Below, piece after piece: positions 36,342-44,084 of a stretch of DNA of 64,000 bases. This DNA comes from a virus: IMG/VR virus record IMGVR_UViG_3300038393_000351, positions 32,001-96,000 of that record. One strand, given 5' to 3'. Position numbers and translations under genes: made by a program. Numbering within the stretch: position 1 is the stretch's first letter; each line of letters begins with the position of its first letter. The notes under the pieces are model-generated. The model worked only from the letters and a program-made list of their open reading frames with translations, searched no databases and had not been told where the DNA came from.

Positions 36342-36970
36342 TTAGCTAACTCCACTAGTCTCCTCAGCTCTGGGCAGAGGGGTTGAAAATACTTTGGACG
36401 AATGAGCAAGTCTCTATCAAGAATTAACCTCAGAGAGACTGCTAATGAATGCTCTTCAATGTTTGCCTGAATAAAATTCAATATAACCGATGAAGCAATT
36501 GAAAAAGCTGGCCTATACTTAAATGTCGTTGATCCATTATCTCTATCTGGTTTCACGCCTTTTGTAAAACCAAATAAAAAGAAGTCGTTGTGTGCAGTTG
36601 ATTTCTTGATTGAATCATACGTTGCCGGACTGATCCACACCATGTCTCCTCTCTTACTCAAGTGAGTGAAGGATTTAACTTGAACACACTCCGAACCGTA
36701 GTATAAATCCACGGCGATCTCCGACCATGGGTGTTCGTTTGGATTCTCATAGATAGGATTTGCGGGAACAAAGAGGCCGGTCGAAGTGAAGTAGTCCTCT
36801 AGACCGAAGCCAGACGCCGTGTCATATTGAACCTGCTGCAGAGTCCTCTTGTTCGAGACGCGTCCAAAATTATTACGCACCATCTGCTCGAAACCAACGA
36901 TATTTCGAGCGTCGATAGTGGCTTCAGGCGTGTTTTGAAGTAAGACTACGTCCAGTTCGTTGATCATCAC
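36338..36970 (-). CDS. PD-(D/E)xK nuclease, T4 DenB (endonuclease IV)-like
   Basis: GLEDY...HPWSEIAVDL...VQVKS...WISP...FKYRPAF parallels DenB blocks recalled from memory. Confidence 0.5.
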   Translation of the reverse strand: MMINELDVVLLQNTPEATIDARNIVGFEQMVRNNFGRVSNKRTLQQVQYDTASGFGLEDYFTSTGLFVPANPIYENPNEHPWSEIAVDLYYGSECVQVKSFTHLSKRGDMVWISPATYDSIKKSTAHNDFFLFGFTKGVKPDRDNGSTTFKYRPAFSIASSVILNFIQANIEEHSLAVSLRLILDRDLLIRPKYFQPLCPELRRLVELAN

Positions 36971-37392
36971 AAGTCACACACCGGCTTCTTAAAGATGATC
37001 TCGAGTGTTCCGATGTTGTCCTTATGAGACGGTGCAGTCCATCCCTCAGGCTTCATCAGATCAGGTAAACCCAACGGATTTGGACGACCCTCTTTGATTC
37101 CAGGCTTCTTATTCATATTAGCTTCGAGAACGTTGTCCCAAGCTTGATATGAGTCTACACCGAAAGCATCGAGTGTTCCGATAGCCACAACACAGAGATC
37201 GATCAGAGCGTCTACGACGTCATCTGCGTTCTCAGCATTCTTCAGTTCATTGAGCTCTTCTTGGAGAAAGTTGATTCGGAACTCAAGAAGCTTCTTAGCT
37301 TTCTCTCGATCAAGTGTGATCTCGTCGAAAGCATAGTCCATGTTGTAAAACTCATGCATCTCAGCGATGTCATAAACCCAATTACTCGAAAT
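36967..37392 (-). CDS. MazG/PRA-PH-like NTP pyrophosphohydrolase (candidate dCTPase); probable ATT start
   Basis: FLQEELNEL...DVVDALIDL...ANMNK...DLMKPEGW; AGGAG sits 7 nt before the in-frame ATT at 37392. Confidence 0.75.
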   Translation of the reverse strand: MSSNWVYDIAEMHEFYNMDYAFDEITLDREKAKKLLEFRINFLQEELNELKNAENADDVVDALIDLCVVAIGTLDAFGVDSYQAWDNVLEANMNKKPGIKEGRPNPLGLPDLMKPEGWTAPSHKDNIGTLEIIFKKPVCDL

Positions 37393-37426
37393 AACACTTC
37401 TCCTTTTTGATTATTACAGAACAAAA

Positions 37427-37501
37427 TGGCGCACCTAGACGGAATCGAACCGCCGACACAAGGGTTGAAAGCCTCCGTTCTACCATCTGAACTATAGGTG
37501 C
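37427..37501 (-). tRNA. tRNA-Glu(UUC) with irregular anticodon stem and encoded CCA
   Basis: GCACCTA/TAGGTGC acceptor; GTTC/GAAC D stem; GGCGG-TTCGATT-CCGTC T arm; loop CTTTCAA; G-CCA. Confidence 0.8.
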
Positions 37502-37507
37502 TGAAAT

Positions 37508-37622
37508 TGGCTGGGATGGTCAAAGCTTACACGGAAAATCACTTTGACGATAGGCTGCGCGATCTTTATCCGTTATTCAATCGTGCCAATGTGAACATCG
37601 TTACCGAGTCACCAACATCCCA
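37508..37622 (-). ncRNA. 115-nt tRNA-like RNA ending in CCA
   Basis: TGGGATG/CATCCCA 7-bp terminal stem plus G-CCA; GTCAAAG/CTTTGAC stem; starts about 7 nt after a -10 box. Confidence 0.65.
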
Positions 37623-37628
37623 ATTCGC

Positions 37629-37658
37629 TTTATACTTCAGAACAAGAAGCACGTAAAC
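37629..37658 (-). promoter_or_regulatory. Sigma70-like promoter for the RNA cluster
   Basis: TTTACG-N17-TATAAA. Confidence 0.6.
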
Positions 37659-37660
37659 TC

Positions 37661-38356
37661 TTAGTTCTTCTCCAGAGGCTCGAGTGCTTGATTGAGATTA
37701 TCCTGAGAGTCATGGAGGTTCTCGATCTTCTCGAGCATCGGACCCTCGCCCCTCCTCATCTTCACAGCCGCTAGGTTTACGGCTTTGACGAAGTGAGGTT
37801 TCTTGATCTTGAAGCGAGACTCGACTTCCTCAGCCGCATCGACTTTGATCGTATCAGCAGTCTGACAGATCTCCTTCTGAAGCTGCTGAGCACGGTTCAA
37901 CAACACCAAAAGCATCTCAGACCGCTTATCGATGATGTCGGATTTAGGAATGCCCGCCGACTCCAGAGCGTGAACGAAGTCTTCTTCGTCTTCATTAGAG
38001 AACGATGATAGAAACGATTCAGGTACGAAGTCTTCCTCGAATTCGATCTTGATACCCATCTCCTTGAAGTAGTTGAGGAGGACAGTCCTTCCCGACAACT
38101 TCTGAAGGTGAAGAAGCTTCGAGACTTGATCAGCCAGAGCGACTTCCTTAGCCGGAGACGTAGGGCTCGGATAGCCTCCCTGATAGTAGACTGAATCAGA
38201 CAAGCGCTTGAAGTCGCTCTTACTGTATCCCAAATCACCGAATAAAATAGCAAATGCTTTCTTGAGTCCGCTAAACGTCGGATGTAGGATGGTGTCGAGA
38301 TCTACTCTCGTCTGTGCACACTCATCAACAAAGTCTGAATACCCTAACTCACTCAT
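37661..38356 (-). CDS. Hypothetical all-alpha protein (possible DsbA/GapR-like DNA-binding segments)
   Basis: ATGA-coupled to def; EEVESRFKIKKPHFVKAVNL segment. Confidence 0.55.
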   Translation of the reverse strand: MSELGYSDFVDECAQTRVDLDTILHPTFSGLKKAFAILFGDLGYSKSDFKRLSDSVYYQGGYPSPTSPAKEVALADQVSKLLHLQKLSGRTVLLNYFKEMGIKIEFEEDFVPESFLSSFSNEDEEDFVHALESAGIPKSDIIDKRSEMLLVLLNRAQQLQKEICQTADTIKVDAAEEVESRFKIKKPHFVKAVNLAAVKMRRGEGPMLEKIENLHDSQDNLNQALEPLEKN

Positions 38357-38889
38357 AGCGATTTCCGATTCCTTTCTAATTTCTTCAGTCGACGATCAGC
38401 CTGATCGCGGTGATACTTAGATGCACTGTCGTAGAATATCTGTCCGTTCAAGTGCTCCATCTCATGCTGAAAAACACGAGACGTTAGTCCCTTGTAAGTC
38501 TCCGTCTTCACTTCACCGTTCGGATAGGAGAAGCGAACTCGAATGAGTTTATATCTCTTTATCTTGACGACGTAACCAGGAAAAGATAAGCAGCCCTCTT
38601 CTAGAAGCTCAGTCTCTGGTTCATGATGAATGATTTTTGGATTGAAGACTACTGTGTTCTTCGGTGCCGTTCTCATAGCGAAGACTCGATATGGAACACC
38701 TATCTGATTAGCAGCTAGGCCAATGCCGTTATAAGCATACATCGTCTTGACGAGGTCTGCGGCTAGCTGGATCGGATCAACTTGAGGATTAGCGAAATCG
38801 AACTCCTCACATGGTTTCAAAAGAGCTGCTCTGCTCTTTACAATCTCATGGAGATTTCCCTGAGGAATAGCGTCTATCTCATCTGTCAT
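38353..38889 (-). CDS. def: Peptide deformylase
   Basis: GIGLAANQ, EGCLS, QHEMEHLNG. Confidence 0.95.
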   Translation of the reverse strand: MTDEIDAIPQGNLHEIVKSRAALLKPCEEFDFANPQVDPIQLAADLVKTMYAYNGIGLAANQIGVPYRVFAMRTAPKNTVVFNPKIIHHEPETELLEEGCLSFPGYVVKIKRYKLIRVRFSYPNGEVKTETYKGLTSRVFQHEMEHLNGQIFYDSASKYHRDQADRRLKKLERNRKSL

Positions 38890-38903
38890 AGCAAACTCAT
38901 GAT

Positions 38904-38939
38904 AAAAGTTGATCCCGTAAAACGTTTTACGGGATCAAC
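38904..38939 (-). terminator. Terminator formed by a 32-bp perfect palindrome
   Basis: GTTGATCCCGTAAAAC|GTTTTACGGGATCAAC followed by TTTT on the minus strand. Confidence 0.75.
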
Positions 38940-38948
38940 GAGGGTTAG

Positions 38949-39092
38949 TTACACTTTTGTAGAAGTCGTGTTAGATACGGGCGCCGGTGCAGCGTTGGAC
39001 TGAGCTACCGGAGCGGCCGGCTTCTTACCAAACTTCTTCCAAGCAACGTAGGCACCTACAGCGACCAAAGCAAGCAAAATCAATGTTCCCAT
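38949..39092 (-). CDS. 47-aa late membrane micro-protein
   Basis: MGTLILLALVAVGAYVAWKKFGKKPAAPVAQSNAAPAPVSNTTSTKV; AAGGAG SD; TAAATA at 39128-39123. Confidence 0.7.
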   Translation of the reverse strand: MGTLILLALVAVGAYVAWKKFGKKPAAPVAQSNAAPAPVSNTTSTKV

Positions 39093-39114
39093 TCTTCTCT
39101 CCTTTATGATGTGT

Positions 39115-39792
39115 TCATGTACTATTTATCAGATGTCTTGGAAGACAGTCTAGAAAATGCTTCTTATCATCGGGAGACAGAGAATCCCTCCAAGATTTAT
39201 ACATAGCCTTCGTATCTATCCAGTTCGTCATCGTTCCCTGAAATGGCATAGTGTTGTCCCAGATCCACCAAGCATACGCAACCATTCCAGAGATAGCAGT
39301 CTTTTCAGTATGCCATCTATCCTCATTACATGAAAAGCGGCCTGAGAAGATGAGAATGTCGGACGGCGGTGTCTCTTTAAACATCTTCAAACGCCTGTTT
39401 GACTCAGCGAACGTCAGTCGACAGAGCATCGCTGTGTATGGAACTAATGAAATCGAGCGTTCGATAAACGCCTGAGCCATATTCTTCCCATACGGTGGAT
39501 TGGTGATTATACCATCAAAATCACCTTCTGTTTTAAGAAAATCATTGCCGTATTCTACAGGAGAAACTGGATCACGATAGTTATAGAGATCAGTCGCGTA
39601 CACTTCTCGTTGATTACGCTTGAGCTCCCAGGCCATCCAGCCTCGACCAGCGGCCGGCTCCCAGATCTTCCTGGGTGGAGCATGATATTGAACAAGAGCG
39701 TAGGTAGCGAATGGATGTGTGGGGTAGTGATCGTGCTCGTTGCGTTCCTCTGTAACAGTCCGAACACCACCGTACATATTAGCAAATGTCAT
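39115..39792 (-). CDS. DNA N6-adenine (amino) methyltransferase
   Basis: DHYPT; IWEPAAGRG; IITNPPY; AYAWWIWD. Confidence 0.8.
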   Translation of the reverse strand: MTFANMYGGVRTVTEERNEHDHYPTHPFATYALVQYHAPPRKIWEPAAGRGWMAWELKRNQREVYATDLYNYRDPVSPVEYGNDFLKTEGDFDGIITNPPYGKNMAQAFIERSISLVPYTAMLCRLTFAESNRRLKMFKETPPSDILIFSGRFSCNEDRWHTEKTAISGMVAYAWWIWDNTMPFQGTMTNWIDTKAMYKSWRDSLSPDDKKHFLDCLPRHLINST

Positions 39793-41501
39793 TGTACCAT
39801 CTTTGAAAAATTATTGTGCTTCTCAAATTTAATCACTTTCTCAAACTGATCGTAGAGCTGATCGGCTTTATGAGAGATGACGAAGACGTTGTTGTCTTCG
39901 GTGACTTTACCCAATATCTTCATGAACTCCTCGATCCCTGTAGCATCGAGTGAGGAGTCAAACACTTCGTCCATGATGAGAAGGTTCGTGTTGATCGATG
40001 AGCGAAGCTTCGCGACTGCTCTCCAAGCAAAGAGAACGGCCAGATCGATCCTCATCTTCTCACCCTCTGAGAATGAATTGTATGAGAAGTCGTCTCGTCC
40101 CCGCGACTTGATCGTCTCCTCAAAGTTCTCATCCATGTTGAAGTCGACAAAGAAGTCGAGTGAGGCTAAGTACTTATTGATCAGCTTGTTGATGATCGGA
40201 ACATACTGCTTGATGATCTTAGCTTTGATCCCGGTATCCTTGAGAAGGACGGAGACGTACTCCATCATGTACAGTTGGTTCTCAAGTTCCTTCTTCTCGA
40301 TCTCAAGCTCTTTCAGATCACTTTCTAAATCATCTAGAGATTCTCCAGATATCTCCTTCTGCTCAACATCGAGCGCTTCTATCTCTCGTTCAAGTGTTCT
40401 GATGTACTTATCTATCGTATCGATCTTTGTTCCGAGAACGTATATCTCAACGTTGATGTCGGCTACTTTCTTATTAACAGCGGTGATCTCCCGAAGACGC
40501 TCCTCTACCTTCGAATACTGTTCTCCTAAAAGCTTCAGACCAGCTTCAGTCTCAGCTACGGCGTCCTTCTTAGAGGACAGCGTACACTCCTTAAAAGAAC
40601 CATTTATCTCTTGATTACACGTAGGACAATTATCATGATCGTTTAAAAACTTAACATCCTGAAGAAGAGATGATATCTTACCATCGAGCTGATTTCTGAT
40701 GGATCGCATCTTCTTAGCGCGATTATCAAGTGAATGAAAGTCAGTAATCTGCTCAAGAAGTGCATCGACTTCCTTAGTCTTCTGATGAATGGCTATTCCG
40801 TGATCCTGTCGCTCCTCATACAGCGCTGTGATCTTCTCCTCCTTCTCCCAGATCTGCTTCTGCTTCTCCTCAGCGAGCTGCTCAGTGTGCTTCTTAGCCA
40901 TCTTGATCTTGGCATCTAGAACATCTTTTTCACGTTTCCTATCCTGAATTAACTTTTCTACATATGAAAAACGAGTTTTCAGGATTGTGTTCATAGAAGT
41001 AAAGATTTTCAAGTCGAGAACGTCTTCGGTGATCTCCCTTCTCTGACCACCGGGAAGCTGCATGAACGGAACGAATGAAGCTGAACCGAGAATGACTATC
41101 TGACAGAAAGTCTTGAAGTTAGTCTTGAGGATGTGCTTTTCTAGATGTGCCTGATAGTCTGTATTCTTTGCATCTTGATTGATCAAGACACCGTTCTTCC
41201 AGATCTCAAAGACGTTCGGTCTCATCCCGCGAACGACTTTATAGTGCGCTCCTCGAGTCTTGAACTCAACGTATCCCAGACAGTCTTTCTTAGTCGCGCT
41301 GTTGCACAGCTGGGGCTTGTTGATCTTTCTGAATGGTTTATTAAACAGAACGAAGCACAGAGCATCGAGCATCGTCGACTTTCCAGCGCCGTTGTCACCG
41401 ACGACTAGAGTCATTTTATTCTCAGTCAGGTCGATCTCAGTCATGAGATTGCCCGTCGAGAGAAAGTTCTTATACCCAATTTTAAGAAAATAAAGGTTCA
41501 T
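39789..41501 (-). CDS. 46: Recombination nuclease ATPase subunit (gp46, Rad50-like)
   Basis: GDNGAGKS; CPTC hook; FSEGEKMRIDL; MDEVFDSSLD. Confidence 0.97.
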   Translation of the reverse strand: MNLYFLKIGYKNFLSTGNLMTEIDLTENKMTLVVGDNGAGKSTMLDALCFVLFNKPFRKINKPQLCNSATKKDCLGYVEFKTRGAHYKVVRGMRPNVFEIWKNGVLINQDAKNTDYQAHLEKHILKTNFKTFCQIVILGSASFVPFMQLPGGQRREITEDVLDLKIFTSMNTILKTRFSYVEKLIQDRKREKDVLDAKIKMAKKHTEQLAEEKQKQIWEKEEKITALYEERQDHGIAIHQKTKEVDALLEQITDFHSLDNRAKKMRSIRNQLDGKISSLLQDVKFLNDHDNCPTCNQEINGSFKECTLSSKKDAVAETEAGLKLLGEQYSKVEERLREITAVNKKVADINVEIYVLGTKIDTIDKYIRTLEREIEALDVEQKEISGESLDDLESDLKELEIEKKELENQLYMMEYVSVLLKDTGIKAKIIKQYVPIINKLINKYLASLDFFVDFNMDENFEETIKSRGRDDFSYNSFSEGEKMRIDLAVLFAWRAVAKLRSSINTNLLIMDEVFDSSLDATGIEEFMKILGKVTEDNNVFVISHKADQLYDQFEKVIKFEKHNNFSKMVQ

Positions 41502-41881
41502 TCGCCGATCGTGTATTGAGCAAAAAGTCCTTCAGGAAATCCACAAGCAGTTAGATCTCGTTTTAAATCTTTAACATAGAAGTCATGATATTCATTATGT
41601 AAAAATGACATCTGCGGGACATGAAACGGTTCTTGATTTATATCAAGACTGCAACCGCTAACGGCAGTCAACATCTGTTTATCAAAGAGTACTTCAACTA
41701 CATCATCCGATGCATCACTTTCAATTTTAATAACAAAAGGAAATGATGGATCACCGCGTGTTTTCGCTGGTCGAGTGATAATAATCTTGTTGTAAAGTTT
41801 CTTATTAAGAAAAACAAATGCCAAATTTACGGGATACATGCCCTCACGTTGAGGGCAATGAATTGTATAAAATCTACTCAC
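41498..41881 (-). CDS. Hypothetical AT-rich protein between 47 and 46
   Basis: ORF overlapping both neighbours. Confidence 0.55.
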   Translation of the reverse strand: MSRFYTIHCPQREGMYPVNLAFVFLNKKLYNKIIITRPAKTRGDPSFPFVIKIESDASDDVVEVLFDKQMLTAVSGCSLDINQEPFHVPQMSFLHNEYHDFYVKDLKRDLTACGFPEGLFAQYTIGE

Positions 41882-42953
41882 TTTGTAATGCCTCGCTATA
41901 TAATGAACTAATGAATTTGTCTAACTTAATCGGATCGATTCCAGATGTATTCGTCGTGGAGATAGTCTTCTTAAAGATGGTCAGTGTATCTTCCGCTTCA
42001 TCTACGATCGTATCATCTTCAGTCACGTTTAAGTTGAGGTGATCGTCTACTACTTGAATATCGAGCGGATTCGACTTCTCGACTCGATCCATGAACACGT
42101 TGAAGAGAGCGACGTCGTTCCTATCACGAACTACCACCTTGACGTACTTATTCGTCAGCTGAGTAAAATCGTACTCTTCAAGAACTTCCTTCATATCAAG
42201 CTCCACGTCGGTGTAGTGGAGCTTCTCAAACATATGATATGGATTCTCTATGAACTCCAGTTCTCTGGTCACTGTATCGAACACATGAAATCCACGTGGG
42301 TCTTTGTGATCCGACCACGTAAACTCAGCATGTGCACCGAGGTAGTGAATATTTCCCTGAGAGGATATGTGATGATAGTGTCCTGATCCAACGAAATCGA
42401 ATTTTCTGAAGATGGATGCGTCGTCTCCGTGTGCGGCGATCGTGTGTCTGTCAAAAGCAAAATCCTTCAGCTCAAGGTGACCCAAGCAGATCTGAGCTTT
42501 TGTCGACTCAATCACCTTCATCGTATGTTCACGGTTTGCGTCGCAGATCCAAGGGACGAACAGAACGTGTGTTCCATCAGATAGCTTAACGTCCGCAGCC
42601 GCATCGTAGATACGCATGTCGTAGTCTTCAGAGTAGCGATGACACAGTTCCTTAACACCACTCACTTCGTTCGTGTTTTTGAAGTACACGTCGTGATTAC
42701 CCAGAATAAGGTGCATATAGCAGTCTAATCTAAGATGCGGATTGATGAAGTCTTCTCTCAATCGCTTAGCTGTAATAAAGTTCACATACTTACGACGATC
42801 GAGAAGATCACCGAGAAAGATCATTTCTCGGATGTCATGTTCGTTGATGTACGGAAAATAAACGTTATCAAAGAAAAGCTTGTTGCTATCCAACATAGCG
42901 GCGTTGTCGTTACGCACACCATAGTGGATATCCGTAATTAACGGTATCTTCAT
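41874..42953 (-). CDS. 47: Recombination nuclease subunit (gp47, Mre11-like)
   Basis: TDIHYG; LGDLLDRRK; GNHD; SGHYH. Confidence 0.96.
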   Translation of the reverse strand: MKIPLITDIHYGVRNDNAAMLDSNKLFFDNVYFPYINEHDIREMIFLGDLLDRRKYVNFITAKRLREDFINPHLRLDCYMHLILGNHDVYFKNTNEVSGVKELCHRYSEDYDMRIYDAAADVKLSDGTHVLFVPWICDANREHTMKVIESTKAQICLGHLELKDFAFDRHTIAAHGDDASIFRKFDFVGSGHYHHISSQGNIHYLGAHAEFTWSDHKDPRGFHVFDTVTRELEFIENPYHMFEKLHYTDVELDMKEVLEEYDFTQLTNKYVKVVVRDRNDVALFNVFMDRVEKSNPLDIQVVDDHLNLNVTEDDTIVDEAEDTLTIFKKTISTTNTSGIDPIKLDKFISSLYSEALQSE

Positions 42954-42961
42954 CGAACCTC

Positions 42962-43486
42962 TTAGACTGATGCTTTAGGTGATTTACTCTTCTCGGATTT
43001 CTTCTCATCAACGAGAGCGAGTAGTCCTTTTTTATTCTTCTTCTTTTGCTCTGTCAATTTTTTCTCGAACGCTTCAATGACGGCATGGGAATGCTCGTTG
43101 GGAGCCGAGCCGATGTTGTCGTATCCATTCTGGAAGTTCTTATGCTTGATATAAGTTTCCTTCTTTTCCAATGAGATACGACGAATGAAGGCTCTCCATG
43201 CTACCATCGTAAAGTAAGCGTGCGGGTTCTTGTACTTATATGGATCGAAGTGTTTGACTGCGTAGATGCAGTTCTCCACCGCATCGTCTATCATCTCGTC
43301 CTTGTACGTATACCCGATGAAGTTGCTCTTATACGACAACCCATGACATATCTTTAGGATCGCATCACCGATCACGTTCGATATAGCACGAGGCTCGGGT
43401 TGTTCCCGGTACTTGATGAACTCAGCGTGTAGAACTTTGTTGTTGACGTAGTTCGTGGTCTTCTTCTTAGTTTTTCCGACTGGCAT
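42962..43486 (-). CDS. 55: Late sigma factor (gp55)
   Basis: NYVNNK; NFIGYTYKDEMIDD; NPHAYFT..AWRAFIRRI; likely ATG at 43486. Confidence 0.93.
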   Translation of the reverse strand: MPVGKTKKKTTNYVNNKVLHAEFIKYREQPEPRAISNVIGDAILKICHGLSYKSNFIGYTYKDEMIDDAVENCIYAVKHFDPYKYKNPHAYFTMVAWRAFIRRISLEKKETYIKHKNFQNGYDNIGSAPNEHSHAVIEAFEKKLTEQKKKNKKGLLALVDEKKSEKSKSPKASV

Positions 43487-44084
43487 TCTTTCCTTTACCC
43501 GCTTTCTCCGCCAGTTCAACCAGGGAATCAATGATGTCGCTTCTAGTGCGAACGCTATCGGGAACAGACGAAGAAGCTTTGATGGTCTTTCCCTTCTTCT
43601 CCTCATTCTCGATTTCTTGAAGATCATCATCGGTCGGATCAAAGAGACCGGAGCGACGCGACTGAAGACGACGGTGGGATTGAATGGAATTGAAGATGCG
43701 CTGATCGAAATACATCTTATTCAGATCGTAGCTGTCGTGAGCAACGGCGTGCAGGATCTTCATCTGCTCATCTACTGGGTAGATTGAGACGATGTGATAC
43801 ATTGGAAACGTAAAGATGTCTGGATTCTGAGATGCGAGACCCCATGGTGATAGGATGATCTGTTCACCGTAGAACATCAGACGCATCGGTTTAACCACAA
43901 CTATCAGTCCATCGTCGTAGAACATCGTCTCATCGACGTGACCTATGATCTCATCTCCAGTAATGAGCTTAAAGTAACAGAGCTCAGTCTTCAGCTCGGG
44001 TTCCTCAGTCTTCAGCTCGGGTTCCTCAGTCTTCTTAACCGAGGCCGGAGGCTTCCTCTTAGTCGCGGGTTTCTTAACGGCCAT
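43467..44084 (-). CDS. Conserved protein between uvsW and 55 (Sm-like fold)
   Basis: FKLITGDEIIG...KPMRL...LSPW. Confidence 0.7.
   Translation of the reverse strand: MAVKKPATKRKPPASVKKTEEPELKTEEPELKTELCYFKLITGDEIIGHVDETMFYDDGLIVVVKPMRLMFYGEQIILSPWGLASQNPDIFTFPMYHIVSIYPVDEQMKILHAVAHDSYDLNKMYFDQRIFNSIQSHRRLQSRRSGLFDPTDDDLQEIENEEKKGKTIKASSSVPDSVRTRSDIIDSLVELAEKAGKGKNASRKN
43983..44034. repeat. 21-bp in-frame tandem repeat, about 2.5 copies (TEEPELK)
   Basis: CTCAGTCTTCAGCTCGGGTTC twice, then CTCAGTCTTC. Confidence 0.9.

Noticed and set aside
37427-37501. UCA suppressor tRNA implying genome-wide UGA recoding
   Set aside because: TGA terminates many genes normally (ATGA/TGATG couplings) and core genes are full length in the standard code. 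The acceptor stem fits phage tRNA-Glu.
38353-38889. Peptide deformylase as a novelty
   Set aside because: It is already known as an auxiliary gene in T4-like phages.
42962-43642. 226-aa gp55 as given in the ORF track
   Set aside because: The first ~52 codons overlap the upstream gene. The ATG at 43486 with an AAGGA SD gives a typical gp55 length.
43983-44034. 21-bp tandem repeat as a regulatory or contingency locus
   Set aside because: It is an in-frame duplication in a disordered N-terminal linker; likely neutral slippage.
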